Assembly: GCF_036365525.1 (NCBI RefSeq)
Contig: NC_090374.1
Span: 138,112,685 to 138,176,684, forward strand
Direction of reading: 5' to 3'
From: Heterodontus francisci
Taxonomy: Eukaryota
Length of the DNA: 64,000 nucleotides
Shown: positions 38,440 to 52,700 of the stretch, piece by piece
Layout of the letters: each line of letters opens with the position of its first letter
Numbering within the stretch: position 1 is the stretch's first letter
Translations under genes and position numbers: made by a program
The notes under the pieces: generated by a model
Seen by the model: the letters and a program-made list of their open reading frames with translations, nothing else
Told to the model about the DNA's origin: nothing
Database searches by the model: none

Positions 38440-40290
38440 GGTGGTTCTCTTACACCAGTGGTAGTTTGTCCAAAGCCTCCATTACCAACATAGATGTCTG
38501 AAGAGAACTGCCTTTGCGGGCTGTGGTTTACCAGGGAGGCAGTGAGAAAGTTATGCCAACTGTTGCAATCTGGCCTCCAGACAGCTTCCATCACATGGAC
38601 TGCACTATCAGACAAGGTTACTATTATTCTGAACTTTTATGTCTTAGACTCCTTCTAAGCCAGTGCAACAGTCAAAGTGGAGTATGCAGCTGCATCACAA
38701 AGGTCACTTATACTTTGTTCAATAGGACAAACAACTTCATCACTTCCCCGATGTAAAATCAACTACAGAATGAGGGGGCGCTGCAATTCTTTTGTTTGGC
38801 AGAATCCCCAAAGTCCAGGAGTGATTGATGAAACATAGTCATCTAGATTTCGAGAAATAATGTCCTGATGTCCATGAATTACCATATGATAATGATACTG
38901 TCATGCTCATGGGAAATGCAGTGATAGAAATACAAAAAATAAACTGGAGAGTTATAAAAAAAAACAATTTAAAGGACTGGTACACTTGCCTTCAACAGGA
39001 TGGAGGACAAAGCCACATGACATCCACCTTCTCCTACACTAACATACACATTCATGTCTGCTAGAACTAAAACTCGTTAACCCCGTCTGCATTGAAACTA
39101 TCAACAGCTCATGGAGCTAGAACAAAGGCACTCACAGATGCCCCGTCTCCAGCCACAATTACTACAATAAAGTGTGAATATATCTCATTTTATCAAAATA
39201 GACTGCCATCAGAAGCTATTATATAGCCCTTCAGGAACTGAAACCTAAAGTCACATGGACGAGACCAACACATAATAAGTTTACCTTTAAAGGTAACTTT
39301 TTTTGGAGAACAAAAGAGAACATTAGAACATTAGGACATCAACCAGAAATCTCCAGCCACACAGAGAACATTGAAAGCCATCTTTACTTCCAGCATAAGG
39401 CTATGAAAGGGAGAGATCAAATCTAGCTAAGGCAGTTGAACCCTGCTGAGGTGAGTTTGCAACCAACTGCGGCAGAGAAATAAGACAGTGACTTCCAAAC
39501 AACTCCTCCACATGTGAAAATTGAACTAAGAAATACCAGCACCGTCTTCAAACTGAAGTGTTGACTGCCAGAAAACTTAGCATCCCAGAAAGTGCAAGAC
39601 AACCAGCAAACAGGCCTGCAACTTTAGAAACTTACCTTCCAAGAGGACCCCACAGTATTTTCCTTGAACTCTTAACACCTCTTACTCTTTACCTTCTATC
39701 TATCTTTTCTTGAGTGTGCATGTAGAGTGAATGTGTGCACGGGTGGTGTTGCGATCATTTTGGGTAATTATTGTTCAATAATTATTTACTTTTCTGTTTC
39801 AAACAGACAAGAAAACTTGTCAAGGTCCGTTATCTGGCAAGCAAAGCACAGGGGCTGAAACACTGGTTTAAGGAAAACACGATCTGTGGTCATTTGGGAG
39901 GTGGCAAGTGGAAACCAACCACCCCATTTTATACCTGTCCATAACAATGTGATAATGCATGTAATACCCACTTCTAGGCAGCAGTTATATATTTTTCATG
40001 CAATCCTCTGTGCTTGGTTTATTCAAAGGCTAATGACACCTCTGTGACAGCCATGGATTGAAGCGGAATGTAGATACAGTAAGGTCCATGCAACTACAGG
40101 GGTCATAACAGAAGAAACTGCTGATATCTTGAAGCATCACTTCAATGCCTGAACATATTATGGGTTCCTTTTAGTATCGTTCAATCAGGATCTCTAACAT
40201 TGCCATTGTCTGTTGCAGGCTCCACAACCTTTCTATCTAATGAGGTGTAACCATGAAGAAGGTAGAGTTCATTCACCAGGGAAGGCCAGA
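38440..40290 (+). mobile_element. Decayed Harbinger (HARBI1-like) transposase split by a solo LTR
   Basis: MSEENCLCGLWFTREAVRKLCQLLQ..KVTIILNFY..FITSP before the LTR; LMTPL..AECRYSKVHATT...IVCCRLHNL after it. Confidence 0.7.
38899..39946 (+). mobile_element. Probable solo LTR (~1.05 kb)
   Basis: Termini tgtcatg...cataaca (TG..CA), non-coding, interrupts the Harbinger transposase. TSD poorly preserved. Confidence 0.55.
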
Positions 40291-40750
40291 TCAGACACTA
40301 ATAATGACTCAGAAGGTATCACTGCTGGAACAACTCTGCAGCCTGAAAGAATTGTATGCTAGTCTTTCATAGGGAAGGCATTCATTGTGTTTAAAATCTG
40401 GTTCTTGCTTCCATATTTTTGTTGCCTAACTTGTTTTTTTTTAGATTTCTGCAATTTTAACCCACAAAGCTTTGGAGCTGTTTGTTTTGTGTTTACCACT
40501 TTCAAGTTGGTCCAATATCATGAGACCTTCATAAGATTATTCCTAGTTAAATATGGAGGCTGGCAGGGGTGGGAGTGGAGTTGGTAGTGGTGGTGGGGAG
40601 TGGTAGAGAAGATATGAATTGTGCAAGTAAGCAACCATAAAAAGCTAAAAAAAATTAAAGGGATAAGCCAATTAAGGGCAATAGCTGAAAATGAGGCAAT
40701 GTTTTATTAGCCTTTAAAAAGCCCCAAATATGTTTAATGTCTATTATGAT

Positions 40751-41190
40751 GTCAGCCGTGGGTCAGTTGTTAGCACTCTCGCCTTAGTCAGAAGATTGTG
40801 GGTTCAAATCCCACTCCAAGACTTGATCACAAAAATCAAGGCTGACACTCCAGCACAGTACTGAGCGTGTCTTTCAGATGAGACATTAAACAGAGATCCT
40901 GTCTGCCCATTCAGGAGGACTTAGATCACATGACTCTATTTCAAAGAAGAGCAGGGGAGTTATTCCCAGTATCCTGGCCAATATTTATCCCTCAATCAAC
41001 ATTGCAAAAAAACATATTATCCAGTCATTATCACATTGCTGTTTGTGGGAGCTTGCTGTGCGCAGACTGACTGCAGTGTTTCCCACACTGCAACTGTGCC
41101 TACACTTCAAAAAAACTTCATTGGCTTTACAGCACTTTGGGACAACTGGTGATCGTGAAAGGCACTATATAAATGCAAGTTTTTTTTTCT
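40751..41190 (+). mobile_element. DeuSINE (SacSINE1-like)
   Basis: Homologous to 2132-2567, with an intact tRNA-like head (ggttcaaatccc) and L2 tail. Confidence 0.85.
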
Positions 41191-41734
41191 TCCACTATGT
41201 CCTTTCCAATTGTTGTTTAGGCAAAACAATGGCTGGCACATTCTAGTGGTTAACACAATAAATGTGAAGCAAATAAATAGAGTTTGTCGGGAAGTGATGG
41301 AGTGGCACAGTATCCAAACGATATATTTGATGTTTTAAGAAGTGGAGGTGTTGCTGCAAGAGGATATTTGTCCTGTTTGCCACTCTGGGACATTCTCCCC
41401 AGTGTTTTAAGTGCTTGGCAATCTTTTTTTGGTCAATTTAATATCATTTTGAGGACACATGGATGTTTCTTCATTGCAGAGCTTTTTAAAATTTTTATAG
41501 TCTTACCTTTAAGACGTGATAATACAAGTCCAGGAAAACTGGGCTATGCATGATGCTGCACATTGACATGGGCACTTATGTCACTCATGTGGGGGTGGGC
41601 ATTGTCCTGGCCTAATTTTCTGAATTACCACCATGTGCAGGAAATCAGGCCTACAAGCTAATTGGCTGGCAATCAGAAAACAAGGTGAGCCAGTAGCTCT
41701 TAAAGGGCTGCAGCTACCTCTTAATGAGAAAGAG

Positions 41735-42070
41735 AGAATGAACTCACATTAATATAGTGTCTTTCATGTTCTCAGAACATCTCAAAGCACTTCACAGCTA
41801 AAACTGTAGTTTTTAATTGTAGTCACTATTGTAATGTGGCAGGAAATTTACATGCAGCAAGGTCCCACAAAGATCAATGACTTAAATGACCAGTTAGTCT
41901 GTTTTAGTGTTGTTGGTTCAGGGTTAGAAGTTGGCTGGGGAATTTGCTCTTCTTTGAACAGTACAATTTTTTTTTATAACTTCCAGACAGGGCAAATGTC
42001 TTGGTTTAATATCGCAGCTGAAAGAGGTATTATAGCTATGTTGAGGTGGAATTGCAGCATACATGTAAAA
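41735..42070 (-). mobile_element. Highly degraded DeuSINE
   Basis: Reverse-complement remnants of the tail (aatatagtgtctttcatg..caaagcactt) and of the core (gctcttctttgaacagt). Confidence 0.5.
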
Positions 42071-44484
42071 CTTGTGTAAAATGGCTAAGAGAAGGTCTCT
42101 GGCATTTCTCAGAAATGCCTTGAAGGTCCTGATGTAGAAAATTTGATGATTCAGGGTGATTCTCTTAAAGCATATCACCATTATAGACCTGGCTGGTTCT
42201 TTGGGCAAGTGAATGCAATGTCTCAGGTCTACCAGCAAGTTACATGAGCAAATGTGGAAAATGTTCAGTGGCATCAAAAATGCCAGGGTAAATGTAGGTA
42301 CTTCATCTTACATGTGTGCTTGTACTTTTTATTTCTTTATACAAGGAATGATCCCAGTGTAACTATCCATGTGCTTTATATTTGGGGAGGTCATCTGAAA
42401 AGCTATCACATAGCATTGTCCCCATTTTGCAACACACTGTTGCATAGAAGTTGGATGGCACATTGCCAGTGGGGAACAATTGTTCCATGCATACAGCTCT
42501 TGACAGGTCTGGCACGACGACCCATGCTAGGAAAAACACCATGTAGTAGGAGAAATCTAGGCCAGCAAGAGAAATGGTCAAGGAAAATTCAATGTGCACT
42601 TTAGAACTGCAAAATCCTTGGTTGGAAAATTAGAAGTGGTGTGAATGCAGCACTCAAAGTAGGAAGCTTGATTTCCCAAGACACATCAGCTGCTATTGAG
42701 GCTCTGTCTTACACGCAGGGCCCCCAAACATGTACCCTTTAATTTAGCTACACATCTCAAACTATTTATAAGATTCTCATTGCTTTAGACCCTTTTCAAA
42801 TTTTGTGTATGAAGATGGCCCAGGTTTTCAATGGCCTTGTATTGTTGTCAAAGCTGCAACGGTGCCAAGGCAAGCATGATTGAACCCAATGTACTGTTTC
42901 ACCAGTACAAACAGTTCAACTTTACTGAAACATGCTGTCCTGTGTGCGAGTTCTCTTTCATTGCCAATTTTCACCTCTTTGCTGCCACCAGTGTAACACA
43001 TCATATTCAATTTTATGTGCCAAGAAGGTAATTTCCACCATTTCAGCTATAAGTTTGAATAACGTCAGCTAACATCTGACACAAAGTCAATCAATGGGCC
43101 AGAAAATTCAGTATTACTGAGTCAGTTCTAAGTGTATGCGATTACCGCCAAAGATCTGTCTACAGTGCCTTTTGCACCCGACAGTTCAAATATCTTTCAC
43201 ATACACTAGGTTCATTTCAAAGAATGAATGGATTCAAAAATTAAAATATTTGTCTCCATAAAATTAGTATACCCAAGTTCCTAAAAGTGAGGCACACTCA
43301 AAAGATACAGATTGGGAATAATTCTGATTCTCTGACCTCTGATTTTGGCTCCTCAATAAGAGCACGGGAGTGAATAGTTCTGTAGTGGTGAAGCAAGTCA
43401 TGTTTAAAGAGAGGTGAGCATGAGTTCTTTACTTCTAACTGCTAATCAATTGAATCTAGCATCCAAAAGACAATTAATTGATCACTTGTATTTCAAGAAA
43501 AATACTTGATTCTGTTTTGATAAGTATTCACTGATTTTAAAAAAGAACATTCAGTTCTTATTCATATTCTTACATTTAAGGAGACCTGAAATGGTTTATA
43601 CATCCTTACTGAGTGCTTAAGTCCACAGTGGTGGGGTTATTACCTTTTAGATTGAATTCTTCATAAACATTGATAATACTTTTATAATAATGATTTCTAT
43701 AAAGATATATTTTGAATCCATTCATTCCCAAGATATTAAAATGAAAATGTTTGTTGAATATATACATAGATGATCACTGAATGATTCTGAAATGTTGACA
43801 GTTTAAGCTGTCAATCAGTCATTAGTTCACAGCTGCAGTGGGGCGTAGGGGTGGTGAGAGAAGCATTGGATTGTTAGTGGGTAAGCTGTCTTCAATATAT
43901 ATCCTTAATTAGAAATAACTCAATAAAACAAACAGGGAAACACACAAAATGTTCTCCCCTCTGGGAAATTAGGGAAGATGGAAAAGGAGATAAAACTGAA
44001 CACGATTTATCAGGGAAAGACTCCCATTTTTCCAACCCCCAACTTGGAGAAAACAAACAAAGCAGATTTGGAAGGGATGACGAGACAGTTTAGATTTCAA
44101 GCTGGTTTTGCTTATATAATGTTAGTACTTTTTATTGACTTATAATCACATAACTAATGCCTGTAGAAAATATCAGTAATTTGCAGAAACTGAATGGGGC
44201 TCGGGGTTGGGGCTGTGAATTTGAGTGACAAAAGCAGGGCAGAAACTTCTATTGTAGAAAGAAAATACAGCAACTTTCTCTTTAAAGTTAATATCTGTAA
44301 TGTTATTTTAATATATGCTTAGGATTTCAGATAAGAACATCTTTTTGTTATGTCTATTGGTGATTCCCATCCAATTTCTATATTCCTTTGTCCTGGTCTA
44401 TATGGTTCAACTTAAGGTTGGGAATGCATTTACTGACTGAACCATCAGGGCAGCCATTTATTTAATTAAATTTATTTAATTTAT

Positions 44485-44815
44485 GGGCGGCACAGTGGCG
44501 CAGTGGTCAGCACCGCTCACTCACAGCCTCACAGCTCCAGGGACCCGAGTTCGATTCTGGGTACTGCCTGTGCAGAGTTTGCAAGTTCTCCCTGTGTCTG
44601 CGTGGGTTTTCTCCGGGCGCTCCGGTTTCCTCCCACATCCAAAGACTTGCAGGTGATAGGTAAATTGACCGTTATAAATTGCCCCTAGTGTAGCTAGGTG
44701 ATAGGGAATATGGGATTACTGTAGGGTTAGTATAAATGGGTGGTTGTTGGTCGGCACAGACTCGGTGGGCCGAAGGGCCTGTTTCAGTGCTGTATCTCTA
44801 AATAAAAAAATAAAA
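44485..44815 (+). mobile_element. HE1-type V-SINE
   Basis: Same family as 4587-4935. Confidence 0.92.
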
Positions 44816-45938
44816 TATTCTGGAGGTGCAAATTAAAATTACTACAGTATTTTGAAAGGATACTTAGGAAATGCTTACAATGACGACATTTTTGTGTAGA
44901 AAATAATTGATGCATTTGAATTGGCATGAGCCAAACCATCTGCTACATTTCAATATCAGCAGAAACTGCAGCATAAAAGAATGTCATATGTGACAGAATA
45001 TTCCCAAAACTATAAAAGACACACCACAAAGGATGAATTGGTATTATGCTGCAGGTTTGCAATCTATGGGGGGAATTGTAACTCCGAAAAAAAGGTGGGC
45101 TGGGTGGAATGTAAAAATGTAAAAAATATGAAATCTGCCCACAACACACCCACTTTCAGTTTTAACAAAGGCAGGATGGGGGAGGGGGTGCTGCATCTGT
45201 TGTGGGTAACCAACCCGCTAACAAGAGGCAGGTTGGTCATTTAAATATTGTAATGAGCTGTATACCTCAGAATCAACCATTTTAAATTTAATCCTGTCCG
45301 ATTGGGTTTCCCAGGCCTCAGGAAACATGTTGGCTAAAAGTAGGCATGGGCCACTGGATCTAGGCAGCAAGTGTATTTCCACTTACCTGTTGGATCCAGT
45401 TTACCTGCTTCACCCCCTGCGATCTGACACCCCCTCAACCCTTCCAACCTCACCTGCCCGGCCTTTTTGATCTCCTTCATGACTCTTCCATTCTCCCCCA
45501 TGAGGTCTCCGACCTCCTGCACCACCGACCTTTCTGATCTCCCCTTGGACTCTTCAGATGTCCCTTTCAACTCTTACAATCTGCTCCTCACCTTGAGATC
45601 CTCAATCTCCTCCTAAGGCCTCCGATTCCTTACCCCACCCCCCCCCCCCCCCTCAGGTTCCTGGCTGTGGCCTGGCACCGAAGGCTTCCCTGCCTGACAA
45701 CCAGCCTGCCTCTCAATCTGGTTGGCTACGGCCGGGATATGGAAGTGAAAAATGCTAATCAGGTCCAGGTTTCCCTACCACCAAACAGTATCCTCTTCCC
45801 GATTCTCTCTCTGCCTTCAAACTAATATCCATCCCTATGTATGATACAGATATGGAAAGCTGGCATAGTGCAGAAAGGCAGACTTTGACAAAAACACTTC
45901 ATGAAATGACCATGTCAAGTTTCATTACATCACACAAT

Positions 45939-46641
45939 GGGCTGAACTCTGTGCAGCTGGAGAGGGCGCCGATACTGGGCCAGAAAGGCAAGGGGACCCC
46001 ACCTCGGCTGTTTGGGGGACTCCTGGCTGCATTTTATGATGCACGGGCAATTAACTGCCAGGTGCTAGGGGACGGGGATCCTTTCTCCAAGAGCTACTGG
46101 CCAATCAGAGGGCTGGCAGGTCAGCAGGCCCCAGAAGTGCCACTGGGAGTAGTGGCCGCTGTTGGTAATACAGGAGGCACAGGACCAGAAGCAGGGCTGA
46201 AGCCCCAGAGAGGAGATAAGTGGGGCGGGCTTGCCAGTGCCAGTCAGGCAGGTCCTGGTGAGGGGTGGGGGTAGTGGGTTGTTGAGAGCAATGGGTGGGG
46301 TGTTGGCACAGGGGTGGCCTTTGCTGCTGGAGGCTCTCGATGGGCTACAGATTGCCCAAGCAGGAAGGCCCCCACTCCACCAGACCACAGGGAGGCTCCC
46401 TGATATTACTGGGCGACCTCTGAACATGGCTCTGTTAAAATGCCAGCAACAGCAGGATGAGGCCCTTAAGCAGGCAATTAATTGGCCTTTGGCCAAGAAG
46501 GCTGTCCTTGGCCTTCCCCACCACTGACTAAATTGAATTGCATCGGGAAGGCGACAGGCACTCCACCCCTCCTTTCCCTCACAATTTTATGGGTCCCCAT
46601 GCCACCCTGCCCATCCCGAGAATGCTGATAAAATTCAGCCC
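45939..46641. mobile_element. Harbinger-type MITE
   Basis: TIRs gggctgaa / ttcagccc, flanks aat/tat. Internal motifs related to the 36401-37132 element. Confidence 0.7.
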
Positions 46642-48544
46642 TATGTATTAAGATCTCAACCAAACACCTTTCCAATGTTCCATTTACTACTATAAATATT
46701 GAAATTCGGATAACTTCACACTCCTGGTAGCGAGCCTCATGTTTTGGAAATCTGGTTTGGGTGTGCACTGCACATGATCATCTGGCCATTTTTCTTTGGA
46801 GAATCATGTCCAACAGGTTTCAGAATTTGCAAAATGCACATTCCAAGGGATGTGCTGGAGAATGGGACATGGGATGTGAAAGTATTGGGGGAAATTGAAA
46901 GGTATAAAAGAAGTAAGGGAGTGGGTGTTGTGGTGTGGTGGTGGTGGGAAAATGTTGCTGGGGTTTAAGCATTTTGGGAAGGCAGTGGTAGGGTATGGAA
47001 GTAATAGTGTTGGATTTTGCGATCAGGGAATAGTGTGTTGGGATGGGGGAATATTAGGAGGGGGCTTCTGGATTGTGGCAGTGGGGTTGTGGTGTGCTGC
47101 TTGGATCTGGGGATGGAGTCCTGGGGTATGGGAGCACTTGGTTGTGTGGTGGGGGGGCTGGTCTGGAAGAGCTAGGGGGAGGTTGCAGGATCTGCCAGCA
47201 CTTGCAAAGTTTGTGCTAAGGTGTGGTAAAATTGGGATTGCTAGTGTAAGGTATAATGGAGGGGTGGGGGAACAGAAGCCGGTGCTATGGGGGACTCACA
47301 AAGTAATAGGGTGTTTTGTTGTTGGGTGTAGTGGAGGGGAAAGGCATAGATACTGGGGTAGATGCAGGAGCAGCAAAGTGTGGCAGAAGGAAGTGGTCAG
47401 GCAGCAGGAATTAATCTGGAGCAGCTTGAAGAGTCAGGATGGTTGGGAGCACAAGTGGCAAGATGTAGCACAACAGAGTGGGAAAAGTCAGGGACACTCA
47501 GCGCAGCAGTACTGAGAGGGTTTAGAGGGTTGTGGGGGGGAGAAAGGCATGGGTATTCAGAGTGTGTGTGATTGTGGCATTAGAGAGAGGCAGTAGGACA
47601 GAGCGATGAGGAGGGAAAGGCATGGATGCTCAAGTGGGTGGGTGTGAAGACAAGGTTAGAGGATAATTCTTCTGCTCCCTCCTGTAGGACATTCCCATGC
47701 TTTACTGGAAGACCCTATTTTGTTTAACAGTAAAGCAACCTGATTAAATAATATAAGGTTTTCAATGACCCCTGCACTTACAAAAGTTGGGTTCCTGCTG
47801 TGAGTTTAAGTGCTTTTACAAACTTTGAGAGAACTCAAAGCTGGTTGCTGTTCACATTGAGAATCTGGCTTTTGCTATTACTGGAACTGGGGTTTGGAGT
47901 ATAGAAAATAAGGTAGGCAGCATAAGGTCTGGGATCATGGTATGGATTCTGGTGATGAGTTAGGATTCCAGGGTCATGGTAGGATGATGGGAGCTACAGT
48001 AAGGGCTTGATGTCTGCCAGTGGAAGGGTACAGATAGCTGCAGTGTTGCCACCCAACAATGCACGGTAAAATCAAATAGGAAATGCCACACTTAGTAAGA
48101 CTAGACTCCTAAATTGAACAGGAACTGACTGCTTTTCAAAACGTTATTTTTTAAAAATATGCTCAAAGCATTCAAGGAACTTGAAGCCTGTTCCTGCTCC
48201 AAGCGGAAACACGGCACTAGGATCAAGAGGAGCAAGAGGCTAAAATTGAGTCAGAGTTTAATTGTTTGGCCTGGGAACTGCGTACGATGAGGTAAGATCA
48301 ATCAGTTTAATTCTATTTTTAGTTTCAAGTCAGAATTCAGGATTAAAGCCTTGACTTTACCTTGAGGCAGGAGTATGAGAGGCAGAGGCTGGGGTTGGTA
48401 GGAATCACCCATGACCAGTGCTGGTGTGAGGTCCATAAGGACTTGCAGTCCTCATTAAAATGATCAAAGTCTGACTCCTGGCCAACCCAGTATGAATGGC
48501 AAGGTGGTATTTTGGGTGGCAGCTGTCAGAATATGGTCTCTGAG

Positions 48545-48803
48545 ATAAGAAAGCTTAGAGGGGAGATGAGGAAACATTTTTTCACCCAGTGGGTGTTGGG
48601 GGTCTGGAACTCACTGCCTGTCAGGGTAGTAGAGGCAGAAACCCTCAACTCATTTAAAATATGCACCTCAGGTGCTGTAACCTGCAGGGCTACGGACCAA
48701 ATGCTGGAAAGTGGGATTAGGCTGGGTGGCTCATTTTTCGGCCGGCACAGATACAATGGGCCTAGTGGCCTCTTTCTGTGCTGTAAACTTTCTATGATTC
48801 TAT
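48545..48803 (+). mobile_element. CR1 3' end
   Basis: RGEMRKHFFTQWVLGVWNSLP, tail ttctatgattctat. Confidence 0.85.
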
Positions 48804-49117
48804 AAGTTAATTTGTCAGGGAGGAGATGGAGACAATCATGACTGGGAGAGGGGTTGAGAAGCTGAGGCCAGAAGAGACTGTTGTAATTGGCAGTAAAATT
48901 TGCATTGGGGTGCAAATGAGGTTATTAGACCTCAATATTTAAATATTAATGAGGCCCTTGCCTGTCTGTGGTGGGCAGCCCTGATACTGTCAAAAATCTG
49001 GGAGTTAAGATGACAGTGGGTACAAAGGGGTCAGGAACACAGTGGGCAATGTCTACCATTTAACTTTCCACCTGCCCTATTTACACAAGGCAGGCTGGGT
49101 TATAATTGGGCCCTAAA

Positions 49118-49476
49118 TTAGATTAGATTAGATTAGAGATACAGCACTGAAACAGGCCCTTCGGCCCACCGAGTCTGTACCAACCATCAACCACCCATTT
49201 ATACTAATCCTACACTAATCCCATATTCCTACCAAACATCCCCACCTGTCCCTATATTTCCCTACCACCTACCTATACTAGTGACAATTTATAATGGCCA
49301 ATTTACCTATCAACCTGCAAGTCTTTTGGCTTGTGGGAGGAAACCGGAACACCCGGAGAAAACCCACGCAGACACAGGGAGAACTTGCAAACTCCACACA
49401 GGCAGTACCCAGAATCGAACCCGGGTCCCTGGAGCTGTGAGGCTGCAGTGCTAACCACTGCGCCACTGTGCCGCCC
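49118..49476 (-). mobile_element. HE1-type V-SINE
   Basis: Reverse complement of the family consensus, with a (TCTAA)n tail. Confidence 0.92.
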
Positions 49477-49772
49477 CCATGTCTGGCTTTCTTTCTGTCT
49501 TTTTTAAGTACAATTGTTAAGGCTAGTTTTAAAGTTCGAGGTTGCTGACCTTCAGACTCCTGTGTTAGTGTGGTAGTTTCTATCATTAGGAAAATTTCTC
49601 TGTAAAATCCAAGTCACTGCCTTTTTACTTTAACAATAACTGTTGAAAGAAATTTGTCTATGACTCAATTAGCAGCAAGAAATTTGCCTGGAATAAATTT
49701 CCCTATAATTCATCGTGACAGAGAAATATGATACAAATATGATATGATGGTTAGGAAATGTGTGCACGTATG

Positions 49773-52700
49773 GGGCTGAATTTTATCAGCCCGTCGTGGA
49801 TCCTGGTGGTGCACCCGGAAGTGGGCGCCGTCACCGCTCGTCTCGAATCATGCGCTTGTCGGCCCATTTGAATACAGGAGACGTGGGGCCCGTTAGCAGG
49901 TGGCGAGATACCAATGGCGTCATCAGCGGGGACGAACGCAAGTGCTGGCACCATATTTAGAAACACTGCCAGGCCTGCTTAAACTGCTGCTTCACTGCTT
50001 TGCCTTTATTCTGTTTTGCTTTTTCTGCTGCTGTGCTGCTGAACTCCCTGCCTGGAGTCCCTCTGCTGCTGCACTACTGACCAAGGCTTCAAAAGGCCAA
50101 GAGCAGTCTGGAAGCCAAGAGGGAACATGACAGATGCAAGACATTGGGTAGCCCCATGGTTCAGAGATGGAGATTCTCTTCCAGGCTCCAGGGGAGAGGC
50201 GGGAGGTCCTCTTTCCAAAGGATGGCAAGAAGATGTCCTCCTGCCTGACCAAGCAAACCTGCATGGAGATCATAGAGCAGGTCAGCAGCCGTGGCACCAT
50301 ATGCAACTGGGTCCAGTGCAGGAAGAGAGTCAAAGATCTACTTTGTTCTGCCAAAGTGAGTGCTCCATACCTCTCTCCTCTTTGGGTGTGCATGTGGCTA
50401 CATGGGAGGCAGCGCGACATGGTGAGGGAGTCACCATAAAGGCGATGGCAAAGGGTGTTAGGCATCACCATATCTTGGCAGATGCATTTTGCCGACAAGT
50501 CACCTTCTTTCTCAGATCGCCCCATTACGTCCCTTGACAGCAGGCGTGGGGAGGTACCATGTAGGAAACCCCGTCAGGAGCACGAGGGGCTGCCACTAGC
50601 ATAACTGCTGTTGCTCTTCCTGTGAAGTCTAACTATGTTCCTCTTTTGCCTTGCAGGACAAACGGACCCATAATGCCAGGCAGACCTCAAGGACTGGTGG
50701 AGGGGTTGCTGATATCCAGCCTCTTTCCACAGCTGAGGAGGGGGGACTGGAGCTAGCAGGGCCCCAGGGCAGCTGCTTAATAGTGGATGGTGAGACTGGA
50801 GTCTCCGCGGAAATGAGTGAGGATTGTCTTCATTTGTCATCCACCACACTCCTGGAGATCCACAGAGCGCATGGTTGGCATGACAAGATCTGCAGAACAC
50901 ATTTGTGTTCTCTCATGTCGTCGTGTGCAGGAGGCTCCAGCTGAAGGGGAACAGCCATCAAACTCTAAGGAGGAGCTGAGAGAAGATGCACCATCACATG
51001 ACTCTCCTGCATCTTCCACCAGCGCAGATAGAACATAGAACATAAAACATAGAACAGTACAGCACAGTACAGGCCCTTCGGCCCATGATGTTGTGCCGAA
51101 CCTTTAACCTACTCTAAGATCAAACTACCTACATACCCTTCATTCTACTATCATCCATGTACCTATCCAAGAGTCGCTTAAATGTCCCTAATGTATCTGC
51201 TTCTACTACCACCGCTGGCAGTGCATTCCACACACCCACCACTCTCTGTGTAAAGAACCTACCTCTGACATCTCCCCGAAACCTTCCTCCAATCACCTTA
51301 AAATTATGCCCCCTGGTGATAGCCCTTTCCGCCCTAGGAAAAAGTCTCTGGCTATCCACTCTATCTATACTTTCACCTCGGTGAATTTCCGCTTGACTTT
51401 AGAATCATGGTCACAAGTTAGTGCGAGCACCATACATGTGCCGAAGCAGCTGACTGAGGCTGTTACAGCCGAGGCCACTGACAGTCAGAGGACTGTGGGT
51501 GTCCAGGCCCATGTTGAACCTCAGGATGATGATAAACCTCTGGTGTCGACAACACAGGATATTTTGGAGTTGCAGAGAGAGGTAAGGTAACATCTGGCAG
51601 AGCTGCCAGAGGCCATGTGCACCCATGAGTAGATGATGGAGGAGTCCATCCATGCCATGAGTGCTACCAAGTCTCAGGCGTGTGAGCACATGGCTTCCTC
51701 CATCGAGAGGTTGGCGACCCTCATGAAGAGCCAGATCCTAGAAATGTACACAAACCTGCACACCATCGCCTTGGCCATGAGCTCAACGCAGCAGTCGCAA
51801 GGCGAGAGAAGGATGAGGCATCTGGAGTCTTTTCCAGCTCCTCGTCCTCTTCTAGCCAGCAGGGAGATTCAAGTGAGCCTTGAAAGGAGGGAGGAGGAGA
51901 GGCTGACCTCCGGAGCTGGGGATTCTCCTCAGGGCGCTCTGAGTGTGGATAGCGGCTCCTCAGCCCCTCCGCCAGTGATCACAGATTCAGTAGCCGTAAC
52001 GCCTGAGGAGAGTCCTGCACTTGTGCAGGAAACCCTCAGGCAGCCGGGGCCCTCCAGTCCTCAGGCACTCAGACGACAACTGCCAAAGTCATCCCAGGCC
52101 AAGGGGCAGCATGATCAGCAGCCTGTCTCCAGCCCAATGTAGAAGCACTTGTAAACTTTTAAAGAAAAACATCCAGACACACTTGGGGTTTCAAGGGTGT
52201 TTGACATTTGCCATTTGTATCATGTTATAAAGCTCTATCGTTATTAAAGTTCACATTTATGGTTAAAAAATGCTTATTCTTTTATGTCTTTTATGTGAGA
52301 TGCTGCCTTCATCCTTCCTCCCTCATTGAGCTGCCAGTGTAGGCACAACCCTCCTTTGATAAGTGTCTCAAATGTGCCAGAGCACATAGTTAAGCTGGGC
52401 GCTGGGCATGGAATCCAGACAGAAAGGAGGCGACAGACTGAATGCACTGAGGTGAGTCTTTATTGAGTTCACTCTGAATGGCCATCATGGTGGCTGGAAG
52501 TGTGTAAGTATGAGTCTAACTCTTGCCTCCTTGGTCTCCAGTACAAGGGGTTCAACATCCAGTGCTGCCTGCTCATTACTCTTCTCTGCGTCCTCCTCGT
52601 CGGTTGAGGATGGCGATCAATCATGTCCTCTTCAGGCAAGGCCTCCCCCATCTGCAGTTCTAGATTGTGCAGAGCACAACAGACCACCATGATATGCAAG

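Noticed and set aside
46895-47515. 206-aa Gly/Trp/Val-rich ORF
   Set aside because: GT-biased low-complexity sequence, probably the antisense of a decayed retroelement. No domain or splice support.
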